DNA from: an uncultured Fibrobacterota bacterium
Lineage (GTDB): Bacteria > Fibrobacterota > Chitinivibrionia > Chitinivibrionales > FEN-1185
DNA: 64,000 bases
Direction: 5' to 3'
NCBI GenBank assembly: GCA_963729895.1
Contig: CAVSQB010000007.1
Coordinates: 1 to 64,000, forward strand
The notes beneath the pieces are model-generated. The model did no database searches. It had not been told where the DNA came from and saw only the letters and a list, made by a program, of their open reading frames with translations. The position numbers and the translations under genes were made by a program. Below, piece after piece: positions 19,201 to 28,556 of the stretch. Every line of letters starts with the position of its first letter. The stretch's first letter is position 1.

Positions 19201-19690
19201 TTGGTTTGCTGAGCCGGTACGGCAATATCAAGATAATATTCTTGTGTGCTGAGCGTGTGCGGCGATAAATAGATAATTCAGTTTTGGTTTGCTGAGCCGG
19301 TGCGGCGTGGTGGTACCTGCTGCAAGCCCGTACCCTCAGTTGCGCGCACCGTAGCGGCACCCGGTTAACAAAATCCAATACTAAATACAGTGCCCCTGGT
19401 TTCCCGGCCGCAGCTGCGCTGAGGGGGAGATGCAGAATACCTTTGCGTTCTTGCTTTTTGCGTTAGGCAGGACCGAAGGGCGCGCGAGAGAGCGTTGCCG
19501 GGCGACCCCGCCGAAGGCATAGGGGCGATCCGGCAACGAGGCCATCCGGCCGAGCCCGGAGGGAGGGCCGACCCGAGCACGGCGAGGGGAACGCCCGCTT
19601 CTCACTCTTGATTTCTGGGTGCCCCACAGCAGAAGATTTGATTCTCGCCGCAACTCCCACTTTGGGGTCACCCGGCACGGCTATCCAAAA
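19201..19690. repeat. Copy R3 of the modular repeat family (three tandem start motifs, A, inverted B, C)
   Basis: Motif copies at 19201, 19242 and 19284 separated by AT-rich linkers; unit C at 19617-19688. Confidence 0.9.
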
Positions 19691-19757
19691 GCACTTGTAT
19701 CTACATACTCTATACTCTGCTTTAGGGCCCGCAGTTTGTCGAATCGGACCAATGAGA

Positions 19758-19786
19758 TTGACAAAGGCAGGCTAAAACCTTATAAT
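19758..19786 (+). promoter_or_regulatory. Consensus sigma70 promoter upstream of the HAF-repeat gene
   Basis: TTGACA-17 bp-TATAAT, exact consensus. Confidence 0.85.
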
Positions 19787-19872
19787 CTGGAATGTCGACC
19801 AGCGTGCCGTAATGCAAAGGCCGTGGCCGCGGCGCCCGGGCGTTGCACGCATGCCAACGGGGAGAGCTTCCA

Positions 19873-21072
19873 ATGCCGAATCCGCGATTTTCCATACGGT
19901 ACCCGATAGCAGTCGCCGCCACGATGGTTGCGGCAGCAGCGGCAGCTCCTCCCAATTACCACATCATCATACTGGGAAACCACCTCGAGGGTGTGGCCAA
20001 AGTCCTTGACATCAACAACAGAAACCAGATAGTCGGCTATGTGTTCGGGTACGACAGCATGCGCGCGGCCTTTGCGTGGAGAAACGGCGCGATTCAGATG
20101 CTCAGTCCGCTTGGCCCCGGGTGCGAGAGTGTCGCGGAGGGAATCAACGATTCGGGGCAAATGGTGGGGTTCGCGTATACCCAGCCGGGGAGAGGACCGG
20201 ACGACCAGCGAATATTCCACGCGGTTATGTGGGACACCGCCGGCGTCATCACCGACCTTGGCGCCATGGGCGGCTACAGGAGCGTTGCGTTCGATATAAA
20301 CAACAAGGGCCAGGTCGCGGGGTTCTTTTCCACTCTCGCTCCGGTTGTGTATTCGGGCGTGTCGCCCGTGGACGGAGGATACGACGAGCACGTTTACGTG
20401 TGGGAAAAGGGCGCGTACCGGGCGCTCGCGCCAGACAGTTCGATTTACGGCCACAACGCTCAGGACTGTTTTAATTACGTTCGAATCAGCCGCGACGACA
20501 ATCTCATGACGCCGCTTTACATATCACCCTATTATTCCCTGGTGGACGAAATAACGCTCAACAACAACGGCGACGTTGCATCGACCGTGGCATCAAACTG
20601 GAGGCAATCGTATTCCGTCCTGTGGAAAGCCGGCGGGAGAATGGTAGACCTGAATGCGAGTCTGCTTCAGTGCGGATACAACCCGGACAGCAGCCTGTTT
20701 GAGCCGATGGACCTCAACGACTCACTCGAAATAGCGGGGTTCCTGCTGACCTGGAGCGTCAAAACGGGCCTTCTGGGCAACCAGGTGACAAGAACATTTT
20801 CCACGCTGGAGTGGGTGTCACCGGTTGCCTGCTACAAAGACCTGCAGCTTAACAAAGACAACACGGCCAACGAGCCGGGAATCAACAACAAGGGAATGAT
20901 AGCCGGGACCTACAATTCCAACCCCACAAAAGCCGTTGTTTGGGAAAACGACAGCGTTTTTCCGCTGGAGAACTATGTGCTGGGCCGCGATACCATGACC
21001 TACCACACCCTGGACGAGGCGCGTGTCATCAATGATTCGGGCGTCATTGCCGGGGAAGGCGTTTTCGGCTAG
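19873..21072 (+). CDS. Extracellular HAF-repeat protein, N-terminal part (probably frameshift-split)
   Basis: Signal peptide; repeats INNRNQIVG, INDSGQMVG, INNKGQVAG, INNKGMIAG, INDSGVIAG. Confidence 0.8.
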   Translation: MPNPRFSIRYPIAVAATMVAAAAAAPPNYHIIILGNHLEGVAKVLDINNRNQIVGYVFGYDSMRAAFAWRNGAIQMLSPLGPGCESVAEGINDSGQMVGFAYTQPGRGPDDQRIFHAVMWDTAGVITDLGAMGGYRSVAFDINNKGQVAGFFSTLAPVVYSGVSPVDGGYDEHVYVWEKGAYRALAPDSSIYGHNAQDCFNYVRISRDDNLMTPLYISPYYSLVDEITLNNNGDVASTVASNWRQSYSVLWKAGGRMVDLNASLLQCGYNPDSSLFEPMDLNDSLEIAGFLLTWSVKTGLLGNQVTRTFSTLEWVSPVACYKDLQLNKDNTANEPGINNKGMIAGTYNSNPTKAVVWENDSVFPLENYVLGRDTMTYHTLDEARVINDSGVIAGEGVFG

Positions 21073-21692
21073 TGGTGCCTGCGGCTTACATTCTGGTTCC
21101 CGAGTCGCCCCCAATCGTCATGCCGACGCTGGGGAAATTCACGATAACGCTTATCCAGGCGTCTGCCCAGCTCGTTTCCGATGTTTATCTCTACAAGCCC
21201 GACAGCGTTCTCATGATCCGGAACAACCTCAAGAATGTCGGGAAAACCTACGACACCATCTATCCCGCAGGAACCGTTCTTGAATTCGCCATTTGCGTTC
21301 ATCCGCCGCCCGGGAAGGGGCAGCCCTATTGGTTTACATCCGATTCCAAGCACGCAAGGGTCACAAAAGCGAGCGATACGCTCATGTATGTGTATTTCGA
21401 AGACCTGCCCGATTCGGTTGCCGATTGGGACTACAACGACGTGGTGCTGAAAGTGGAGCTGCATCTTCTTGCGCCGCTGCCCAGCGAGGCCTTGACAATC
21501 CCTGGGCGCGCATTTTCCCCTGTAAACAAAGCAGTTCGGGTCGAGGAGTACGACCTTCGCGGCCGGTTCCTCGGGATCCGTCTGATCGACGGGAATGGCC
21601 GCGTGCTTGACAAGGACGGCCGTCCGGCATGCGGAGTGCATATCGTGAAGCCCGTGCAGGGCGCGGGCAGGACAATGATCACCGTGGAATGA
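21072..21692 (+). CDS. C-terminal part of the HAF protein: DUF4114-like FEDL...DYND domain with T9SS-like tail
   Basis: Begins with AYILVP (typical last HAF strand); FEDLPDSVADWDYNDVV; YDLRGR...GVHIV. Confidence 0.65.
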   Translation: MVPAAYILVPESPPIVMPTLGKFTITLIQASAQLVSDVYLYKPDSVLMIRNNLKNVGKTYDTIYPAGTVLEFAICVHPPPGKGQPYWFTSDSKHARVTKASDTLMYVYFEDLPDSVADWDYNDVVLKVELHLLAPLPSEALTIPGRAFSPVNKAVRVEEYDLRGRFLGIRLIDGNGRVLDKDGRPACGVHIVKPVQGAGRTMITVE

Positions 21693-21710
21693 AGAAGCTG
21701 CGCGCATACA

Positions 21711-22165
21711 TCTGGATTTCTGAGCCGGAAATCATAATAAATGAGGGATGGCTGAGCCGGGTGACCCAAAGTTGGACTAGATGGGTTAAGACTTGGGCGC
21801 CCCGCCGCTGTGCGTCGGCGGCTCTCCCTACAGGCTCGGCCTGTGGGCCTCGGTGCCGGACCGCCCTGTTATGGCCGGGGGCCGGCCACTGCGCTTTGGC
21901 GCACCTTGCGGTCGCGCCTGGCGCGTGGCAGAGGGGTCAATGCCCAATTATTGTGGCTCGCAAATGCAATAGTTGAATGTGCAATCTCGCCGTCAGCTTG
22001 GCCACTCAGCATCATCCCACCGACCCAATTTTCACTCTTGGTCTTCATAATTGCACCTCGCGGGTGCCCCACAGCAGAGGATTAGATTCTTGCCCCAACT
22101 CCCACTTTGGGGTCACCCGGCACAGCCATCCAGATGCATTTGATTATTCATATTTCCGGCTCAAG
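21711..22165. repeat. Copy R4 of the modular repeat family (partial C inverted, B, C)
   Basis: tgagccggaaat (21721-21732) and atttccggctca (22152-22163) form a perfect IR; unit C at 22052-22134 is nearly identical to 12712-12793. Confidence 0.9.
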
Positions 22166-22205
22166 ATAAGGCAACACACATCGGATAGAACAAGTCGCTT
22201 TGAAC

Positions 22206-22670
22206 TTACGCCCGCCTGTTTTTGGCGACCTTCCTGCACAGATCGACATACTCCTGCGGGTTCATGAGCGTTTTGCTCGAATTGACAATCCAGGAACAAA
22301 TCTCGAAGTTCAGTTCGTCGGCGTACGGATCGCAATGGTCCACGGTGGGCATAAGGAAATATTCCTTGTTGAAAACATCAGCCGAGGGACCCAAAGCAAA
22401 GAGCGCCTCTTTTTTATTGTCCCACGTTGCGAGAAGGTCATAGCGAAGCGTGTCGCCGGTATAGGGGTCTTTCCCGCCGCTTGCAAGGATCGCGGCGTGG
22501 ATTTTCTGCTTGTAAACGGCCTTTGAGCAGGATACGGGAAAGGACCGTTTGAGCCTGATGTCGCGCGTGCGGAGGGAATCGGCTTTGCAATTGAGCCATT
22601 TGTCGTACGCGGAAACGGAGAAGACGCCGGAAAGTAAAGGGGGAAGCGGGTATTTGTAAGAGATAGGCAT
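22206..22670 (-). CDS. Small HNH (His-Me finger)-like endonuclease
   Basis: 154 aa; DPYTG...PTVDH...FEICSWIVNSSK resembles the betabetaalpha-metal DH...N...K pattern; RBS ggagg. Confidence 0.65.
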   Translation of the reverse strand: MPISYKYPLPPLLSGVFSVSAYDKWLNCKADSLRTRDIRLKRSFPVSCSKAVYKQKIHAAILASGGKDPYTGDTLRYDLLATWDNKKEALFALGPSADVFNKEYFLMPTVDHCDPYADELNFEICSWIVNSSKTLMNPQEYVDLCRKVAKNRRA

Positions 22671-22753
22671 TGTAGGGGCCTCCGGGGTTAAGGTGCAGTG
22701 CTTGACTTAAACTAAATTATTTTCCCGGGGGTTTGGGTGCGTTAATGTAAAAT

Positions 22754-23011
22754 CCGGATTGCCGAGCGGGTGCGGCAATATACAAATAATAATTTATTGG
22801 TATGTTGAGCTGGTGCAGCGTGGATGCACCCGTTGCAAGGCCGAATCTCCTGCTGCGCGCACCCAACCCAATTCCTAATGCAACAAGAGCTTAATTTGAT
22901 TTTGGATTGCTGAGCTGGTGCAGCAATATACAAATAATAATTTATTGGTATGCTGAGCTGGTGCGGCGTGGATGTACCCGTTGCAAGACCTAACCTTCCG
23001 TTGCGCGCACC
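22754..23011 (+). repeat. Copy R5: tandem duplication (148-bp period) of motif-linker-unit A
   Basis: Motifs at 22754, 22797, 22902 and 22945; identical linker aatatacaaataataattta twice; both units end in gcgcgcacc. Confidence 0.9.
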
Positions 23012-23322
23012 ATAGAAACACCCGGTGAGAAATAAGAGAAGAAGGCTGTTTTGGGGATGAAATTGATTGGCGCGTCCGAGGAGGTTGAGTTTTGGGAGGG
23101 GGAATAATTTAGATTATGGACTGCGGTCGAGAGCACTGGCGGAGAAGACAGGGGAAGCGACTTATTAATTTCAAGCACGCGCTGCGGGCAGGTGTTCATT
23201 TCAGACGAGAAGAATTATCAAGGATGATCGCGCCACACACATTACAGTTTGTTTTAGCAACTAAGCTGACTGGGCAGCCGTGCGAAGTGTGAAATGAATT
23301 TGGCGTTCTAGGTAAAGGTCTT

Positions 23323-24432
23323 ATGGAAATAGCGTGCAGAAAAGTAGAAAATCGCGAAGAAACCCCAACACTGCATAAAGGTATGTATTTGCAGGTTGAC
23401 GTCGTCAAAAGAGACAATATGAGAGAAAGTGAGCGTTTGCGGATCGGGCTTGTCGAAAAGGCAAATTGGAAACCTAGGAAATCGGTATGTATTAATTACG
23501 GTGAATTCGAGAATAAATGTGCACAAGCCAAGAACGTCAAGAAACGATTGTTGGAAGATCTTGATATTGATGATGAGGAAGAAAATGCCGCGCCAAAGGA
23601 TGATCTGGCTCAACCAGGCTTTGAAGGAGTAATAGAATTTTTGACCGGCAAAATTGAATTCACTGAAGACGATTTTGACGACGAAGAGGAAATTACCATT
23701 AAGTCAAGTATTGGCGAGTTGTTGGAGTTGCCGTGGGAAAACATGACTGGAAAGACCATTTATGTCGTTAGGAAATATACAGGTGCTGAAATGACAACTC
23801 GGAATTGCAGACGAACGAACAATTTGGTACTCCTAATGTCCCACGCTCGCGATGGAGCTATGGGAGATTTGAAGCACGTAATGGATGAGGAAATTAAGTC
23901 CATATATCAAGCAATTCATTTTCTGACGGAGAACAATCAAGGAACCTATCGCATCGAAAAAATACTACTATCGAAACACACAACGAAAAAGACAATTAGA
24001 GATATGGATTGGCGCACTTACGATTTTGTGCACCTCATAATGCATGGCGATGCATCAGGAAGATTGTGTCTTGAAAGCGAGGATCGGTCGGATTACAGGC
24101 GCCCAGATTGCATGCAGTCATCAGAGCTGCTGTCTGCTCTGCATGGAAATACATTTTGCGTTGTCTTTCTGTCTCTCTGCTATTCGGGGGGCGGTGTCAA
24201 TGGTCAAAATTCAATTGCATTTGATCTCATACAATCCAGCACTACGCAAGTTGTAATAGGGTATAACAATGCTGTCGGGGAGCAATCTGCGAGAGACTTT
24301 GCCAAGATGTTCTACGAGTACCTTACTGCTGGAGGTACCATCATTGAGGTTTACAAACAGGCGCTAAACAAGTATTATCTGAGCCATGGGAAGAACCGAG
24401 TGAAGTATGTACCATTATTATTTGCTTGCTAA
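23323..24432 (+). CDS. Stand-alone CHAT-domain (caspase-like) protease
   Basis: LLELPWE, FVHLIMHG (catalytic His), VFLSLCYSG (catalytic Cys), A..FA..FYEYL; start may be ATG 23383. Confidence 0.85.
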   Translation: MEIACRKVENREETPTLHKGMYLQVDVVKRDNMRESERLRIGLVEKANWKPRKSVCINYGEFENKCAQAKNVKKRLLEDLDIDDEEENAAPKDDLAQPGFEGVIEFLTGKIEFTEDDFDDEEEITIKSSIGELLELPWENMTGKTIYVVRKYTGAEMTTRNCRRTNNLVLLMSHARDGAMGDLKHVMDEEIKSIYQAIHFLTENNQGTYRIEKILLSKHTTKKTIRDMDWRTYDFVHLIMHGDASGRLCLESEDRSDYRRPDCMQSSELLSALHGNTFCVVFLSLCYSGGGVNGQNSIAFDLIQSSTTQVVIGYNNAVGEQSARDFAKMFYEYLTAGGTIIEVYKQALNKYYLSHGKNRVKYVPLLFAC

Positions 24433-24624
24433 TAGGTGTTATGAACCAAATTGAGCTGCACGAAAGAGTAGATGGCATTCTTCGCAATGTTCCCGGTCGT
24501 GTGGGCCGGGAGGACGTTTCCGCTTTGATTTGCGCCAACGAGGATGTGCGACAATACTTCTTTGCACAAGCTAATGATCTTTGGCTCGATTGGCTTTGGG
24601 AAAATGGGTTCCTGAGTGTCTTGA

Positions 24625-25918
24625 GGGGACCTCTAAAAATTGCCTAATTTGCCCAATTAATGCTTGACAAAGGCTATTTCGTCAATTATTTTAATTCCAG
24701 ACAACAAACCTGCGAACCCACTACCGTCTGGAGGATATTGCGATGGGACAGATAGGCCTTTTTGACCTTGAGAATCGCCTTTCCGAGCTTTCCGAAATGG
24801 GAGACCCTCTTGAAACCATCAATCGGGCCATACGTTGGAAGAGTTTTCGTCCTGTTATTGACAAGGCTTTTCGCAAGGAACGGAAGAGCAACGCCGGTCG
24901 TCCACCGTACGATTATATCCTGATGTTCAAGATTCTCGTGTTGCAGACGATGTATGGGCTTTCCGATGCGCAAACCCAGTTTCAGATTCTGGACCGATTG
25001 ACGTTCAAACGGTTTCTTGAACTCACTTCCGAGGATAGCATTCCCGACGAGAAAACGGTCTGGTTGTTTCGGGAAACGCTGACACAAGCAGGCGTTGTCA
25101 AGAAGCTGTTTGACCTGTTCGGTCGTCAGTTGAACGAAGCGGGTTACACTGCCCAGAAAGGCCAAATAATAGATGCGAGTTTTGTCGAGGTACCTCGCCA
25201 GAGAAACACGCGGGAGGAGAATAAAGAAATCAAGAACGGGGGCACGCCGCAGGAATGGGAAAAGCACCCTGAGAAACTTCGTCAGAAAGATGTTGATGCG
25301 CGATGGACGAAGAAGAACGATCAGACGTTTTTTGGCTACAAGAACCATGCGTCGGTAGACGCGAAGCATAAAATCATTCGAGACTATGCGGCGACATCCG
25401 CAGAAGTGCACGACTCCAATATGCTTGAACCTCTCCTTAATCCTGAGAACACGAACGCGGACGTGTTTGCCGACAGCGCGTATCATTCGGAAAAGGCGGA
25501 ACAAAGGCTTGATTATCTCTGGTACAGAAGCAAAATATGTGTCAAAGGGACTCGTGGCGCACCATTGACGGAAGCACAATTGGCACAGAACCGGAAGAAA
25601 TCCAAAGTCAGATCGCGTATAGAACATGTGTTTGCTCAAATAGAAATCATGTTTCGTGGCAGGATCAGGTGTATCGGGCGGCTGAGGGCCGCGGCGAAGA
25701 TAGGACTCCTGAACCTGGTTTACAACATAAAACGCTTTGCATATCTTGAGTGCCACGCCTGAAAAGCGGGACAGGACCGCACAAGGCCCCCAAAGGGACC
25801 GAAAAAAGAACAGTTTTGGGCACCTATCAGACAAATAGACGCCCTGACATCGCGAAATAATACTATCTGTCAACATGATCTTGGAATCTACTATTTTACA
25901 GAATTTTTAGAGGTCCCC
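24625..25918 (+). mobile_element. IS5-family insertion sequence
   Basis: Perfect 17-bp IR ggggacctctaaaaatt / aatttttagaggtcccc; TTGA direct repeat at 24621-24624 and 25919-25922. Confidence 0.95.
24743..25762 (+). CDS. IS5-family transposase
   Basis: 339 aa; GRPPYD..LMFKIL, PDEKTVWLFRE, IIDASFV, DVDARWTKK, ADSAY, RSRIEHVF. Confidence 0.94.
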   Translation: MGQIGLFDLENRLSELSEMGDPLETINRAIRWKSFRPVIDKAFRKERKSNAGRPPYDYILMFKILVLQTMYGLSDAQTQFQILDRLTFKRFLELTSEDSIPDEKTVWLFRETLTQAGVVKKLFDLFGRQLNEAGYTAQKGQIIDASFVEVPRQRNTREENKEIKNGGTPQEWEKHPEKLRQKDVDARWTKKNDQTFFGYKNHASVDAKHKIIRDYAATSAEVHDSNMLEPLLNPENTNADVFADSAYHSEKAEQRLDYLWYRSKICVKGTRGAPLTEAQLAQNRKKSKVRSRIEHVFAQIEIMFRGRIRCIGRLRAAAKIGLLNLVYNIKRFAYLECHA

Positions 25919-26045
25919 TTGAAGGAAAAGTCCGAGAATGCCCAGTCCGCGTAATTTGACCGGTGTATCCGGATTAATTTGACCGGACGGATGTCTTTAC
26001 AGAAAGCGATTTACGGTAATAATATAAATGTTTCCATGTGTCCGG

Positions 26046-26792
26046 TCATTTTGCGGCGGATTTTGATTTGTTTTTTCGCATCGAGTCTCCTTCCAGGTTA
26101 AATTTTATGGCACCGTGTGTCAGGCGGTCGCAGACAGCGTCTGCCACGGTAGGATCGGGCAGTTTCAGGTGCCATTTGTCGACCGGGAACTGAGTGGTAA
26201 TGATGATGGATCCTGCCTGTTCTTTCTCTTCAATGACGTCCAGGAGCGGTCCGGAGTCGATTGATTCGATTGGCTGCATAAGAAAATCGTCGAGTATGAT
26301 GACTTTGGTTTTTGCGAGCTTTTTCAGGTAACGCAGGTACATTCCGGTGCCTTTGGCGGCATGGATTTCTTCGAAGAGGATCGGGTAACGGATTTTGATT
26401 ACTGAGAAGCCCATGATGCAGACTTGCAGGCCGATAGCCTCGGCCAGATACGTCTTTCCGCATCCGGTAGAGCCGGTAATAATGATGTTCTGCGAGTTGT
26501 TGATCCATGTCGCCGTGGTCAACGGCATGAGATCTTTTTTCATAAACCCTCTGGATTGATTGTACGTGACATTTTCGAGGGTTGCCTGTTCGGGTTTGAA
26601 GTTTGCGTGGCCGATCATGCGGGAGAGCCTCCGGTTTTTCCGGGCATTGTATTCGTCTTCGACCAGAAGGGCGAAGAACTCCTCCGGGGCCAGATCACGG
26701 TTGTTGCCGCCGGCCAAACGTGTCTGCAATGATTCGGCCATTGCCGAGAGTCGCATGGATTTGAGCTGTTCAATGACGTTTTCGATATGCAT
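26046..26792 (-). CDS. istB: IS21 helper ATPase IstB
   Basis: Walker A GSTGCGKT, Walker B ILDDF, ADAVCDRL, GDSMRK. Confidence 0.94.
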   Translation of the reverse strand: MHIENVIEQLKSMRLSAMAESLQTRLAGGNNRDLAPEEFFALLVEDEYNARKNRRLSRMIGHANFKPEQATLENVTYNQSRGFMKKDLMPLTTATWINNSQNIIITGSTGCGKTYLAEAIGLQVCIMGFSVIKIRYPILFEEIHAAKGTGMYLRYLKKLAKTKVIILDDFLMQPIESIDSGPLLDVIEEKEQAGSIIITTQFPVDKWHLKLPDPTVADAVCDRLTHGAIKFNLEGDSMRKNKSKSAAK

Positions 26793-26810
26793 AGAAGTTC
26801 TCTTTTCCGG

Positions 26811-28367
26811 TTACTGGTTGATGTAATACTGTGGCCCGCGTATGTTTTCATGAACCACGGGCGGTTGGCTTTGCGTGGGCAGCGGTAAAAAAGTCTGGTT
26901 GTCCAGGTGCTGCTCAAGGATTGTTTTGATGGCTTTGAGCGTTGTCGATTTGTAATAGGTAGCTCTTTGACATGCTCTTTCGAGTCTCTGCGGCGAGTAT
27001 ACTTTTGCCAGTCGCAAAACGCCCATGACGGCGTTAAAGCCCTGCTGAACATGGTCTCTTCGGTTCATGATCTGCCAGGCCGCTTCGGCGGTTGCCGGAC
27101 CGATCTCAGTCGCTTTGGCGATGAACCACTCTTTCGACCACCCTTTGACAAACGCATGGCTTGGCGGCATATGTTCGGTTGTCGTGGCGTATCCGAAGTT
27201 CGGCGGGCCTGCCTGATGGCGGCAGACATGGATATTGTCGTGATAGATTTCTATGATCGGGCCGATCTGATATACGTCCACGCGCTGCGTTGCAAGGTAA
27301 TGCGGTACGCTGTAAAAATGATCTTCGAACCGGATGTGGTAATTATGGCCGACCAGCACGTCGAGCTTCACGAGGGATATCTTGAATGGCTCGGCAGGCA
27401 GTTGCTGGGCATAGGGCTTATCCAGCTCTTCGAAGCGCTGCCGTCTCGTCTGGCCGCCATACTCCTTCATCGGGCGGTTGTTGAGCGCTTCCAGTTCTTC
27501 CCGTATTGCGACATTGACCTCATCCAGAGAAAAGAACTGCCGGTTGCGCAACCGAGCCAGGATAAAACGCTGGGCCTGCAAAACGGCGCTCTCCACAATG
27601 GCTTTGTCCTGAGGCTTCAGCACCCGTGCGGGAAGAAACGCCACACGATAATGATCTGCCATCTTCCCGTAAACGGGATTTGCGACCGGGTCGTACCGGT
27701 CGGATTTCTTAACCCCGCTTTTGGTATTGTCCAGAACAAAAGCGAATGGCGCAACGCCGAAGTACTCAAGGCCGTGCACATGGGAGAGGGCAAAATCACG
27801 CGTCTTCTGGCTTTCGCTTCCTTCGGCAAACGTGAAGCTGCTGGCACCCCAGGCGCAAACAAAAAGATCGACAGCGATGATTTCCCCGGTACGGCGATCG
27901 ATATACTCCAAGCCATCGCCGGAGTAATCGGAGAACACCTTGTCCCCGCCTTTATGGATTACCTTCATGGTAATCTCCGGCGGACGGTGCCGTGCGACAT
28001 GATCGTAAAATGCCGTGCGCTTCAAACCATCGGGATGCTGCTCGGCATATTCCTCCCACAGGCGCTGCAGCGTGACGTGTGGCCGAACGAGTTCTTTCTC
28101 AATGTATTTGACATCGGGCAGCCGAAAGGCGGGTGTGTCGTCAGGCGGCGGCACTGGTGGAAACAACGCAGCCTCAAGCGCCGTGTCCGTCAGCGTATCT
28201 GGCAGCGGCCACGGAAGCTTCGACAGTTGAAACCGCTCCAGGTAGTTTATGACGCTGCCCTTGGACAGCGATAGCGCAAGAGACGTTTGCTCCGCGCTGA
28301 TGTTCTTTGATAACCGGTACTCAAGTACCTGGCGAATCTTCCGCATAGGCGTTCTCCCTCTGCTCAT
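26811..28367 (-). CDS. istA: IS21 transposase IstA
   Basis: MRKIRQVL HTH, LWEEY, DYSGD, VLDNTKSGV, PQDKAIVESAV, HFYSVP, HENIRG..YY. Confidence 0.94.
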   Translation of the reverse strand: MSRGRTPMRKIRQVLEYRLSKNISAEQTSLALSLSKGSVINYLERFQLSKLPWPLPDTLTDTALEAALFPPVPPPDDTPAFRLPDVKYIEKELVRPHVTLQRLWEEYAEQHPDGLKRTAFYDHVARHRPPEITMKVIHKGGDKVFSDYSGDGLEYIDRRTGEIIAVDLFVCAWGASSFTFAEGSESQKTRDFALSHVHGLEYFGVAPFAFVLDNTKSGVKKSDRYDPVANPVYGKMADHYRVAFLPARVLKPQDKAIVESAVLQAQRFILARLRNRQFFSLDEVNVAIREELEALNNRPMKEYGGQTRRQRFEELDKPYAQQLPAEPFKISLVKLDVLVGHNYHIRFEDHFYSVPHYLATQRVDVYQIGPIIEIYHDNIHVCRHQAGPPNFGYATTTEHMPPSHAFVKGWSKEWFIAKATEIGPATAEAAWQIMNRRDHVQQGFNAVMGVLRLAKVYSPQRLERACQRATYYKSTTLKAIKTILEQHLDNQTFLPLPTQSQPPVVHENIRGPQYYINQ

Positions 28368-28437
28368 ATCGTCTCCCTTCAATGGTGAAAAGAGACGATA
28401 TAGGTGAATCCGGGAACGCTTCCTGAAAAATCATCCG

Positions 28438-28556
28438 TCCGGTCAAATAAAAGCGGATTTGCCGGTCAAATTGAACCGGATTGATCGGTCATTTTGATCC
28501 GGATTCGGCGGTCAAATTGAGGCGGATTAGTCGGTCATTTTGGGGCGGATCAGTCA
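28438..28556. repeat. IS21 subterminal transposase-binding repeats (5 x ~23 bp)
   Basis: cggtca(a/t)(a/t)tt....cggat repeated; inverted copies at 25945-25990. Confidence 0.85.

Larger units (their letters stand above)
25939..28556 (-). mobile_element. IS21-family insertion sequence (istA-istB)
   Basis: TG...CA ends; 6-bp direct repeat CGAGAA at 25933-25938 and 28557-28562; multiple ~23-bp subterminal repeats. Confidence 0.93.

Noticed and set aside
19201..19306. Mini CRISPR array (23-bp repeats with ~19-bp spacers; also 22754-22967)
   Set aside because: Repeats are degenerate, spacers are short, AT-rich and similar or identical to one another, there are at most three units, and no cas genes are present in the window.
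12261..23011. Classical integron attC array
   Set aside because: No RYYYAAC/GTTRRRY boxes at the repeat ends, no integrase in the window, and cargo genes face both directions with their own promoters.
28438..28556. CRISPR-like 23-bp periodic repeats
   Set aside because: No spacers; they are the subterminal repeats of the IS21 element and have inverted counterparts at its other end.
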